Below, piece after piece: positions 1 to 10,623 of a DNA stretch of 64,000 nucleotides; position 1 is the first letter of the stretch, and each line of letters opens with the position of its first letter. The position numbers and the translations under genes are program-made. The notes beneath the pieces are model-generated. The model saw only the letters and a list, made by a program, of their open reading frames with translations. It made no database searches and was not told where the DNA came from. The stretch is from Lysobacter sp. CA196 (GTDB taxonomy: Bacteria > Pseudomonadota > Gammaproteobacteria > Xanthomonadales > Xanthomonadaceae), in contig NZ_JBQJIN010000031.1 of NCBI RefSeq assembly GCF_052078695.1, forward strand, positions 1,494 to 65,493. The letters are read 5' to 3'.

Positions 1-1763
<1,763 letters not shown>

Positions 1764-1992
1764 CGTGTCTCCATCGGTGGGGCGGAGCGCCTGCGCGGTC
1801 TGCGGCGGCGCGGTCTGGCTGGGACGGTCTGGCGGGCCGCGCTCGGCGGCACGGTTCCAACTGGTTGGGGCCTTACTGGACTCATGGCCCGCAGCATCGC
1901 CGCGGTTGCGGCGATGCTGCGTCGAATCGACACAGCGGCCGGCAGAGCCGGCCACCGTTCAAGCCATCCGATGCGCGGCGAGCACGCGCGGT

Positions 1993-2220
1993 TTACGACC
2001 CGCTTGCGCCGCCGCGTTTGCCGAACCACTTGTTCGCATACGGCAGCGCGAACAGGTACAGCCCGGAAAGCAGCAGCAAGGCGAGCGGCGCCAGCGGCAC
2101 GTAGGATACCCAGACGATGGGCTTTTCCTGCGCCAGGGCGATGAAAGTCGCGATCACGGTCACCGTAAAGATCATCGAGAGCCAACGGTGGATCTGCCGA
2201 ATCCATTTGTTCCAGTTCAC
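1993..2220 (-). CDS. small two-TM membrane protein (hypothetical)
   Basis: 75-aa ORF with two hydrophobic helices and coding-like (not shadow-ORF-like) composition. Strong AGGAGG RBS precedes a GTG start. Confidence 0.5.
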   Translation of the reverse strand: MNWNKWIRQIHRWLSMIFTVTVIATFIALAQEKPIVWVSYVPLAPLALLLLSGLYLFALPYANKWFGKRGGASGS

Positions 2221-2468
2221 GAGGACCTCCTGCGAAGACTGGCCATCCGGCCCCGGCGGATTGCCGGGCGGACGCGCTCAGTCGGTGATGGAAGCGTGTG
2301 GCGGCAATCGACGGCAACGTCGAGCGGTCGAGATCGATGCGTGGTCGCGGTTACGGTGTCGCGTTGACGCGAACGCCGGCCGTGTCGAGGCCGGCGCGGC
2401 GTCCATACCGAGGTTCGTGGCCGTGTTGGCGACTTCGCTGCGGATCATGGCGGCATTCGCCCGGCGGC

Positions 2469-2879
<411 letters not shown>

Positions 2880-3339
2880 GGCAGTCGTCCTGTGGGTTGG
2901 TTAGGAGCCGTCATGCTAGGTGCGGTTCGGGTTCGGCGCTTCTCGATTCCTGATCGATTCGATTTCTGCTTCGCCGCGGCCGGGTTGCGCGGTCGCCGCC
3001 GCCCTGATGCCGTCGGAGGCCGAGCGCTGCATCGGCCGGTTCGCCACGGCCAGGGCGGAAAGCGTCCGGCGCTGGGTCGCCGGCGTAGAAACGGATCGGA
3101 CGATGCCTACGCGGCACCGGTACAGCGACGCCCTCTGCGTGGCATGTGGGGCTGCGCGAGTTCGCGATCAGGCCGCGCGCCGTCGTCACCCGCGCGATCC
3201 TGCCACGCTGCAGCGAGGGGCTCAAGCCGCCGGCGATGACCGGTTGGCCCTCGGATTCGCTGCCGCATCGGCATTCGCGGCGACCCGACTCGGCGCCCCG
3301 GGCCGCTCGCGACGCATGCGGACGCGTTGTCTCCGCAAA

Positions 3340-3385
3340 CGAAACAGCCCGGCCGCATTCCTGCAGCCGGGCTGGTTTCGTCCTT
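3340..3385 (-). terminator. rho-independent terminator-like hairpin downstream of the secreted-protein gene
   Basis: Stem cagcccggc/gccgggctg followed on the minus strand by UUUCGUUU. Confidence 0.45.
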
Positions 3386-3451
3386 CGAGGTCGGGCGCGG
3401 CGAATCTGCGAGGCGATGGATCGCCCGCACCCGGTCGAGGCCGAACCTCGC

Positions 3452-4105
3452 TTACGGGGTCAGAATCTCGTTAGCCGTGTTGGAGGCGCTGGCCGCGGTG
3501 CCGACGTTCTCCGACAGCAGGTAACCGCCGACGTCCACCGCCACGATGATCACCCAGTGCCACCAACGGCGCTTGCCGGTGCTGGACACACCGCCGGTCT
3601 CGGCCACGTGCTTGGCCCAGAACTGGCTCGAATGACGGGCGACGCTGAGTCCGCCGAGGATGGCCTTGCCATTGCGCGACTTGGCGTCGAGCTGGGCGAT
3701 GGCTTCGGCTTCCAGTTCGGCGAACATGGCATCGGCCTGGTCCAGGTCGGCGGCCTTGGCGACGACCTGGTCGATACGCTCGAAGAAGGAGAACTCGTAG
3801 GCGCTGTAACGAGCGCGCTGCGACGCCATCTTCTGCGCCAGCGGCGTGGTCGGTTCGATCTCGAGGATCGGCTGGTTGGTCTTGACGAACTGCTCGGTCG
3901 ACATGCCGGCGTCGAAACCGCACTTGTCGACCACATAGGCCAGGGAGGTGGCCTGGGTCGCTCCGGTGTCGAGCAGGCAGCCGAGGTACATGTTGTGCTG
4001 GATGCCGGCCGTGTCGACCGGGTTGCCGGCGGCGAATGCCGATGCACCGTAGGTGCTGCCCAACAGCAGGACGACTGCAGCGGCGAGAGACTTCGACTTC
4101 ATTGG
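3452..4105 (-). CDS. secreted hypothetical protein
   Basis: Start chosen at MKSKSLAAAVVLLLGSTYGASAFA (Sec signal peptide) with AAGGAA RBS. The longer upstream extension is Pro/Arg-rich and implausible. Confidence 0.6.
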   Translation of the reverse strand, partial: PMKSKSLAAAVVLLLGSTYGASAFAAGNPVDTAGIQHNMYLGCLLDTGATQATSLAYVVDKCGFDAGMSTEQFVKTNQPILEIEPTTPLAQKMASQRARYSAYEFSFFERIDQVVAKAADLDQADAMFAELEAEAIAQLDAKSRNGKAILGGLSVARHSSQFWAKHVAETGGVSSTGKRRWWHWVIIVAVDVGGYLLSENVGTAASASNTANEILTP

Positions 4106-4498
4106 CGATTCCTTGCGAGGTGATGGATTCGGAGGGCTTGGCACGGACTGGCATGCCGTGCCTGGACTCGACGCCTGGGGAAGCGGCACCCGTTCCCCGG
4201 CGTCTTGGCGCTGGTGTGGCGCCGAATCCAAGCTAGGCAGCGCCGCCGCCGCCGCCAAGGACGAAACCGGGCCATGGCGGGAGCGAGGCGGGTCGAAAGC
4301 GGCGCGGGACCAGTTGCGGCGCAGGCGTCAGCGGTTTCGCAGGGCAGAGCACCGGCCCTCGCCGCGCGCAGCGAAGGCGCGATGCTATAAGAAACAAGGC
4401 CTTAGCCGAATTGATTCCCGTTTTATACCCGCGACCGAACTGGCATCCGCCTCATCGCTGCCCCTACTCTGGGTCGTACCCCTTTCTACGGATCGCCC

Positions 4499-4876
4499 AT
4501 GTCCCTGTCCCGCGCAGTCGTCTCCTTCGCGTTCGGCGTTCTGCTCGTATCGCCCCTCGCCGGCCGTGCGCACGAAGTCGTGCCGGCCGATTGGTGCGTC
4601 AAGGAAAGAGAAACGCCGAAGATCGTCGCCAAGTTCGAATTCGACGGCCCGCAGTTGCACGAGCTGATGAACAAGTGCGGCATCGTCGAGAAAGAGGACG
4701 ACTGGGACACCGCCACCGCGACCATCCTCAGCTATTGCAAGATCGTCGCGCCGTTGAAGGACGCCGTGCCGTTCGTGATCGGACCCAAGGAGTACCTGGA
4801 CGGCAGCCACCACGAGCGCTATCGGCTCGAGCAGGGCCTGAGCGGCGCCTGCGCGGTCTGTCCGCCCAAACCCTGA
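4499..4876 (+). CDS. secreted hypothetical protein
   Basis: 125-aa product with N-terminal signal peptide MSLSRAVVSFAFGVLLVSPLAGRA and a Cys-containing mature part. Confidence 0.6.
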   Translation: MSLSRAVVSFAFGVLLVSPLAGRAHEVVPADWCVKERETPKIVAKFEFDGPQLHELMNKCGIVEKEDDWDTATATILSYCKIVAPLKDAVPFVIGPKEYLDGSHHERYRLEQGLSGACAVCPPKP

Positions 4877-7118
4877 GTGCCCCTTGAGTGGCGCTACCAG
4901 CGTTCCACTGACCGACGCGACAGGGAACGTCGCGCCGGTCAGACCAGGGCGTCGCGCCGGGTATAGGCCAGCACCGCATCGACGCAGTGCTGCAGCGAGA
5001 TGCGGGCTTCGGCGCCAGCCCGTCGCAACGGCCGAGCACGAAATAAGCCGAACGCAGCACGTCGCGCCAGCGTGGGTTGCGCGGCAGCTTGGCGACGGTG
5101 AGATAGCGCTCCAGGGCGCGCGCGCGCAACCGGCCGTCGTCGATGTTGACCCGCCAGATCCGGCTTTTCTCGGCGAACTCCAGGCGGCTGGTGCCGGTCG
5201 TGCGTTCCCAGGCCTCGATGGAGGCCAGCATCAGCTCGACCAGGCTGCGACGAAAACCGTCGCGCACCGAGGGCTCGACGCTGTCGTCGGCCGGCTCGGC
5301 AACGACCTCATCCGCCGACGGCGACGGCGGCGCAGCGATTTCGCGATCCTGCGGTGCGAGCAGGACCAGGCCGTCGCCGCCCGACCAGGGTTCGAGCGTG
5401 GCGACCAAGGGCGCGCCGTCGCGTGCGGCGATCCGCAGCCGCTGCGCAGCGCTGTCCTCCATCCGCTCCAGCGCCGAGGCCAGGGCGGCGCGGCCGGCTT
5501 CGCCGACGAACGCCGACACCGGCTGCCCGACCAGGGCCTCGTCCTCGCCCGCCCCGAGCCAGAGCCGGCCGGCGCGGTTCACCGCCAGCACCTGGCCTTC
5601 GGCATCGAGCAGGCACAGCGGCTCGTCGCGGCTGTCCAGCAAGCCTTGCAGCAGGCTGCGGTCTTCGGCCAAAGCATCCGCTTCGCGCCGATAACGGGCG
5701 AGCTCTTCTTCATGACGGACGCGCTGCGCCTCTTCACGCAAACGCGCGCGCTGATGCCGACGCTGCTGCAACAGCAGGAAACCGAGCAACACCGCGACCG
5801 CCAGCGCCGCGGCGAAGCCCAACAGCAGGGTGCGCTGGCGAAACTGCGCGCTGCGCAGGCGGTTTTCGCTTTCGAGCGCGGCGATGGTGCGTTGCTGCTC
5901 GGCCGATTCGAAGCGGATCCGCAGCCAGTCCAACTGACGGTCGTGCTGCGCGTGCGCCAGCGCGATCGCCTTGCTGTAGGCATCGCGCAAGGTGGCGTTG
6001 GCGGCCGGCGCATCGCCGGCGCGTTCCTGAGCGGTGGCCAATTCCTGCAGCAGCGGCACCCGCATCGGGTCGCCTTCGGGCGTCGTCGCCAGGGTTTCGC
6101 GCAAGCGCGTCGCCGCGGCCGCGGTGGCGCCCGACAACTGCTCGGTACGGGCGAGCTGCAGCTGCAGCGCCGGCGGCAACGGCAGTTTCCAGGTGTCGGA
6201 CAGGGCCAGCGCGGCAGCGCTCCAGCGCTGCGCCTGGGCCAGGTCGCCCTGCGCCAGTGCGACCCGGGTCAGGCCGTCGTGCACGCGCAATTCGTAAACC
6301 CGGTTGCCGCCTGCGCGGTACACGCCCAGCGCTTCCTGCAGCCAGGCCGAGGCCTGCTGCGCGTCGCCGCTGTCGAGCGCGACCTCGGCCATCGTCTCCA
6401 GCACGTGCGCGGCTTCGACCGGCTCGTCCTTGCCCCGGTACGAGGCCAGGGCCTCGCGGTAATAGCGCATCGCCGTGTCGGTTTCGCGCAGTTCGCGGTA
6501 GACGTCGGCGATGTTGTTCGAAACCGCGCCAGACACCTCGCCGCGCGTGCGCTGCAGATCGAGGCTGGCGGTCAGGCTGCGCAAGGCGCCGCGGAAGTCG
6601 CCGAGGCGACGCAGCGCGGCGCCGACGTTGCTGAGGTCGCGCGCGGTCGCGGCGGAATCGTCGAGCGCGCTCGACAGGCTCGCCGCGCATTCGAACCGGG
6701 CCAGCGCCTGCGGGATCCATTCGCGGCGGAAATCGAGGATGCCGCGCCGCCGCTCCAGTTCGTAGCGCAAGCCGGCATCGCCTTCGCCGCCGATCACCGC
6801 CTCGGCGCAATCGAGCGAGCGCTCGGCGTCCTCGATATGGCCGGCATCGAGTTGCGCCTTGGCCTGCGCGAACAAGGCTTTGACCCCGCTCTCGCCGGCG
6901 GCCTGCGCCGGCGCCAGCTTGGCCCGCTGCAGGCACAGCGCCGGTTCCGGCAACGCACGCGCCGGCGTGGCGCCCGGGCAACCGACCAACACGCCCTGCG
7001 CCCACGACCACTCGCACACCAGCAGCAGGGCCAGCATCGCCCAAGCGCGGCGGCGCTTCGATCCGGTGCTCACTTCGGCTTCGCGGTTCGGGCGCGAGGC
7101 AGAACACGACAAACGCAT
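4728..7118 (-). CDS. membrane-anchored TPR-repeat sensor/regulatory protein with PAS domain (probable frameshift near 5020; true stop likely 4939)
   Basis: Signal peptide, multiple TPR repeats, TM helix LLLGFAAALAVAVLLGFLLL, coiled coil and a PAS-like segment. Start at 7118 (MRLSCS...) has an AAGGA RBS. The last ~100 codons of the ORF as given are Arg/Pro garbage, whereas a neighbouring frame reads EARISLQHCVDAVLAYTRRDALV* ending at 4939. Confidence 0.6.
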   Translation of the reverse strand: MRLSCSASRPNREAEVSTGSKRRRAWAMLALLLVCEWSWAQGVLVGCPGATPARALPEPALCLQRAKLAPAQAAGESGVKALFAQAKAQLDAGHIEDAERSLDCAEAVIGGEGDAGLRYELERRRGILDFRREWIPQALARFECAASLSSALDDSAATARDLSNVGAALRRLGDFRGALRSLTASLDLQRTRGEVSGAVSNNIADVYRELRETDTAMRYYREALASYRGKDEPVEAAHVLETMAEVALDSGDAQQASAWLQEALGVYRAGGNRVYELRVHDGLTRVALAQGDLAQAQRWSAAALALSDTWKLPLPPALQLQLARTEQLSGATAAAATRLRETLATTPEGDPMRVPLLQELATAQERAGDAPAANATLRDAYSKAIALAHAQHDRQLDWLRIRFESAEQQRTIAALESENRLRSAQFRQRTLLLGFAAALAVAVLLGFLLLQQRRHQRARLREEAQRVRHEEELARYRREADALAEDRSLLQGLLDSRDEPLCLLDAEGQVLAVNRAGRLWLGAGEDEALVGQPVSAFVGEAGRAALASALERMEDSAAQRLRIAARDGAPLVATLEPWSGGDGLVLLAPQDREIAAPPSPSADEVVAEPADDSVEPSVRDGFRRSLVELMLASIEAWERTTGTSRLEFAEKSRIWRVNIDDGRLRARALERYLTVAKLPRNPRWRDVLRSAYFVLGRCDGLAPKPASRCSTASMRCWPIPGATPWSDRRDVPCRVGQWNAGSATQGALRVWADRPRRRRSGPARADSARGGCRPGTPWVRSRTARRPSTARRSCNS

Positions 7119-7469
7119 CAGACCATCCTTATCCGATCCCGGCACGAGGCGAACGCCAGCGTTCGCATGCGCCGGTAGCGGGCGCATGCCCGTCGCGTTC
7201 CCCTGCAGCTTCGATCAGCCCCGGGAAAAACTCAGCCCCATGCCGGTCCGCAGCGATCGGTGGCCGACGACGGAACGACCTGCGGAATTCGGCCGCCGGC
7301 ATCGCTGCCCGGGAGACGGCGAAGCCTGCCCGCTTGCGCCGAGCCTCGCTACGCCGTCCGGCGGTTCGGCCGAGCTTAGCAGTCGCGGCGCATCGCCCAA
7401 CAGGCGCGGCAACCGGTTCAGGTTCTCAGTTTTCGTGACCGGAACCGCGCAGCGCGACGCCTGCGACGC

Positions 7470-8543
7470 TCAACGCCGCAGCAGCGTCAGGGTTTCCTCG
7501 GCGAGGGTGCGGGTCAGTTGATAGGTCGACATTGCGCGGCCCAACCGCGCCGCCTGCCCCGACCATAGGGACATGAAGTCGGCGGCGCCGGCCGCCTCGG
7601 CCTGCACGCGCAGCGGCGCGAGCGCGCCGCCGGCACGCGGGAACGCCGGCGCGACCGTCGACATCGGCCCGAGCTCGCGCATTAGGCGGTTGACGATGCT
7701 GCGCGCCGGACGCCCGGTGAACAGATTGGTCAGCGCGGTCTGGTCGTCGCGTGCTTCAGCCAAGGCCTGGCGGTGCAGCGGCGACAGCTTCGCCTCCGGG
7801 CAGAACAGATAGGCGGTGCCGATCTGCACCGCCGCGGCGCCGAGCGCGAACGCGGCGACGATGCCGCGCGCATCGCCGATGGCGCCGGCGGCGATCACCG
7901 GCACCCGCACCGCATCGACCACCTGCGGCAGCAGCGCGAACAAACCGACCTGGGTCGAGACCTCGGTGTCTTCGCCGAGGAACAGCCCGCGATGGCCGCC
8001 GGCTTCGGCGCCCTGGGCGATGATCGCGTCGCAGCCGCGCGCTTGCAGCCAACGCGCTTCGCTGACGGTGGTCGCCGAGGACACGATGCGCGCGCCGGCC
8101 GCGCGCACGCGGTCGAGCAGCCGCGGCTCGGGCAGGCCGAAGTGGAAGCTGACCACTTCGGGCCGCACCTCTTCGACCAGTTCGCAGTAAGCGTCGTCGA
8201 ACGGGGTGCGGTTCGAGGTCGGCACCGGCATCGCCGGGTCCAGGCCGAACTCGCGGTAGTAGACCGCCAGACGCTCGCGCCAGGCCGACTCGCGCGCGGG
8301 ATCGGGCGGCGCCGGGCGATGACAGAAGAAATTGAGATTGAGCGGCCGATCGGTCGCGGCGCGGATCAGCCGGCATTGCGCATGGGCTTGTTCGATGCCG
8401 AGCAGGGCGCAAGGCAGCGAACCCAGCGCACCGGCCTGCGCGGCGCCGATCACCATGTCGGCGAGGGTCGGGCCGGCCATCGGCGCCTGCACGATCGGCA
8501 GCTCGATGCCGAACAAGTCCTGGATACGACGGTCGGGCCACAT
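7470..8543 (-). CDS. nitronate monooxygenase (NMO, FMN-dependent 2-nitropropane dioxygenase family)
   Basis: Start at MWPDRRIQDLFGIELPIVQAPMAG, the NMO signature. TIM-barrel FMN oxidoreductase pattern throughout. Confidence 0.8.
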   Translation of the reverse strand: MWPDRRIQDLFGIELPIVQAPMAGPTLADMVIGAAQAGALGSLPCALLGIEQAHAQCRLIRAATDRPLNLNFFCHRPAPPDPARESAWRERLAVYYREFGLDPAMPVPTSNRTPFDDAYCELVEEVRPEVVSFHFGLPEPRLLDRVRAAGARIVSSATTVSEARWLQARGCDAIIAQGAEAGGHRGLFLGEDTEVSTQVGLFALLPQVVDAVRVPVIAAGAIGDARGIVAAFALGAAAVQIGTAYLFCPEAKLSPLHRQALAEARDDQTALTNLFTGRPARSIVNRLMRELGPMSTVAPAFPRAGGALAPLRVQAEAAGAADFMSLWSGQAARLGRAMSTYQLTRTLAEETLTLLRR

Positions 8544-8639
8544 GGCGTCGTGCCTCAAACGGTAGATGCGAGGCCGCCAGGATGACACTGGCCGACGACG
8601 AGCGTCGCGACGCCGGTTGGCACGCTGCGTTGCAGCGCC

Positions 8640-9836
8640 TCACCGATCCGGCGCTGCACGCTCGCCCCAGACCGCGCCGGCCGGGTCGAATTCGGCATTG
8701 GCCATGCGCTCGCCGCGCCAACCGAAGCCGCAGATCGCCAGCGGCCCTTCGGCGAGTGGGTCCAGGCCGAAGGCTTGCTCGATGTCGACCTCGTTGATCG
8801 CCGAGGTCACGAACGCACCGAGCCCGAGCTCGGTCGCACTGAGGTACAGGGTCTGCGACAGATGGCCGCTGTCGAGCACCAGCGCGCGATAGGCCTTGGC
8901 GTGCTGGCGGTATTTCCAGAAGCTGCGTGCATAACGCGGCGTCAGCACCGCCATCGCCGGCGCATCGGCGAACCAGTGCTGCCCGGCCAGCGCGCGCAGG
9001 GCGAATTCGTGCAGCGGCGCCTGCGGTGCGGGCAAGGGTTCGAGCGCGTGATCGATCGCGTGGTAGTGATACAGCCCGGGCTCGACGCCGTCGACGCGTT
9101 GCACGATCAGATAAGCCTCGGTGGCGTGCAGGCCGCCCCCGGACGGCGTGTGCTTCTTGAGGAAGACGGTGTCGTCGTCGACCTTGACCAGGGCCTGCGC
9201 GGCGAACACCCGTTGCAGCATGTGCGCGAACAAGGCCTGCGACAGCGGGCGCGCGGCATCGAAGTTGCGGCAGGTGGAGCGGCGCGCGAGCAGCGCATCG
9301 AACTCGTTGCCGTCGGTCCGCGGCAAGCCGATGCGTTGCTCGGGCGGGCAATGTTCGAGCACCGGCGCTGGCGGCGCGCCGAGCTTGCGGCGCAGGTCGG
9401 CCACGGTATGCAGCTCGTTGGCGTCCATCGCGGCGACGGCGTCCAGGCCCTGCCAACGCGCCAGACGATGCAGCATCGCCGCCGGCGCAAACCAATGGCC
9501 GCTGCGCAGGCGTTCGTCGCGCTCGCGGCAGGCGATGCGCTGCGCACTCGCATCGGCCGCCTCGCACAGCACCAGGCCGGCGTCGAGCAATCGCGCCAGC
9601 GCCGCGTCCTCGGCCGCGCTCAACCCACTGGCTTCGACCCAGTCGCTCGGGCTCAGGCGTCCGAGCAGTTCGCGTTGTCCGGCGTCGATCTCGACCTCGC
9701 CGTCGAGATGGGCGGCGAGCGCAAGCCAACGCAGATGGCGCGACAGGCCGGCGCCGCCGGACAGCAGCGACGACAGATCGAAAGCCACCCGCTCGCGCGG
9801 CTCGAGGAAAAGCACGGAGCAGCGGCGGATGCGCAT
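8640..9836 (-). CDS. SagB-type dehydrogenase domain protein (putative peptide-maturation dehydrogenase, nitroreductase fold)
   Basis: Two nitroreductase-like halves (RSTCRNFD...; YRALVLDSGHLSQTLYLSATELGLGAFVTSA). AGGGA RBS before the ATG at 9836. Divergent from an NHLP-like precursor gene. Confidence 0.65.
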   Translation of the reverse strand: MRIRRCSVLFLEPRERVAFDLSSLLSGGAGLSRHLRWLALAAHLDGEVEIDAGQRELLGRLSPSDWVEASGLSAAEDAALARLLDAGLVLCEAADASAQRIACRERDERLRSGHWFAPAAMLHRLARWQGLDAVAAMDANELHTVADLRRKLGAPPAPVLEHCPPEQRIGLPRTDGNEFDALLARRSTCRNFDAARPLSQALFAHMLQRVFAAQALVKVDDDTVFLKKHTPSGGGLHATEAYLIVQRVDGVEPGLYHYHAIDHALEPLPAPQAPLHEFALRALAGQHWFADAPAMAVLTPRYARSFWKYRQHAKAYRALVLDSGHLSQTLYLSATELGLGAFVTSAINEVDIEQAFGLDPLAEGPLAICGFGWRGERMANAEFDPAGAVWGERAAPDR

Positions 9837-10135
9837 CGAGAGTCCCTGGGCGGCGGCGATGATCGCGGCGCGGCGGGCGGATCGCCGCCGGCCGGTCACG
9901 CGGGCTCCGTATCATGCCCATCGCGGCGACGCCCTTCCAGCGTGCGCGTCGCAGCTGAACAGGTACGGCGCGCGCGCCGCATACTCAGCGCCGACCGGCC
10001 ATGCGAGCACTCGAATGGCCGGCGATTCTGCGTTTTTGCGTGCTACGCGGGTGAGCGGATGCTGTTCGCCGCTCCCCAACAGCGATAAATTCGGCCGCAG
10101 ACAGGCCCGCAACGGGTCTTCACAAGGGGAAACAG

Positions 10136-10492
10136 ATGTCTATCGATAAGAATCAACAGAACGGGCACCCGCCGCTGGCACCCGAAATCGCCGACCGATT
10201 GCTCGATCTGCTCAGCTCGGACGACAAGTTCCGCACTGAATTCGCCAAGGATCCCGGCGCCGCATTGCAGAACAGCCTCGGCCTCGCGCCGCAGCAGACC
10301 CAGGCCGCGCTGGCCGGCGCCAGCTGCCTGCGGGTCAACTCGCTGGCCAGCAAGGAAGAAGTGCAGGCTGCGCGCGACGAACTGCGCGGCAACCTGACCG
10401 CGACCGGCACGCATACGGTGGTGTTCATGCTCGAAGTCGGCCAGGTCCAGGCCAGCCTCGGCGGCGGCTCGGGCGGCAGCACTCTGGCTTGA
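10136..10492 (+). CDS. NHLP (nitrile-hydratase-leader) family RiPP-like precursor peptide
   Basis: 118-aa product. Leader motif IADRLLDLLSSDDKFRTEFAKDPGAALQNSLGL matches the NHLP leader pattern. C-terminal putative core ATGTHTVVFMLEVGQVQASLGGGSGGSTLA is Gly-rich. Good AAGGGGAAA RBS and genuine codon usage. Confidence 0.65.
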   Translation: MSIDKNQQNGHPPLAPEIADRLLDLLSSDDKFRTEFAKDPGAALQNSLGLAPQQTQAALAGASCLRVNSLASKEEVQAARDELRGNLTATGTHTVVFMLEVGQVQASLGGGSGGSTLA

Positions 10493-10498
10493 GTGCAG

Positions 10499-10530
10499 GC
10501 GCGACGGGAGGCGGGGGCCTGCCGTCGCGC
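10499..10530 (+). terminator. stable GC hairpin immediately after the precursor gene (terminator/attenuator-like)
   Basis: Stem gcgcgacgg/ccgtcgcgc (9 bp) with a 14-nt loop, 7 nt after the stop codon. No U-tract, as is common in high-GC genomes. Confidence 0.35.
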
Positions 10531-10623
10531 TGACCGATCGTATCGGTCGGCAAACACCAGTTCGGAGCACCAGTTCGAATCGACCGGCCTGCGCATCCGC
10601 GCAGACCAGCGCCGCCGTGCGGG

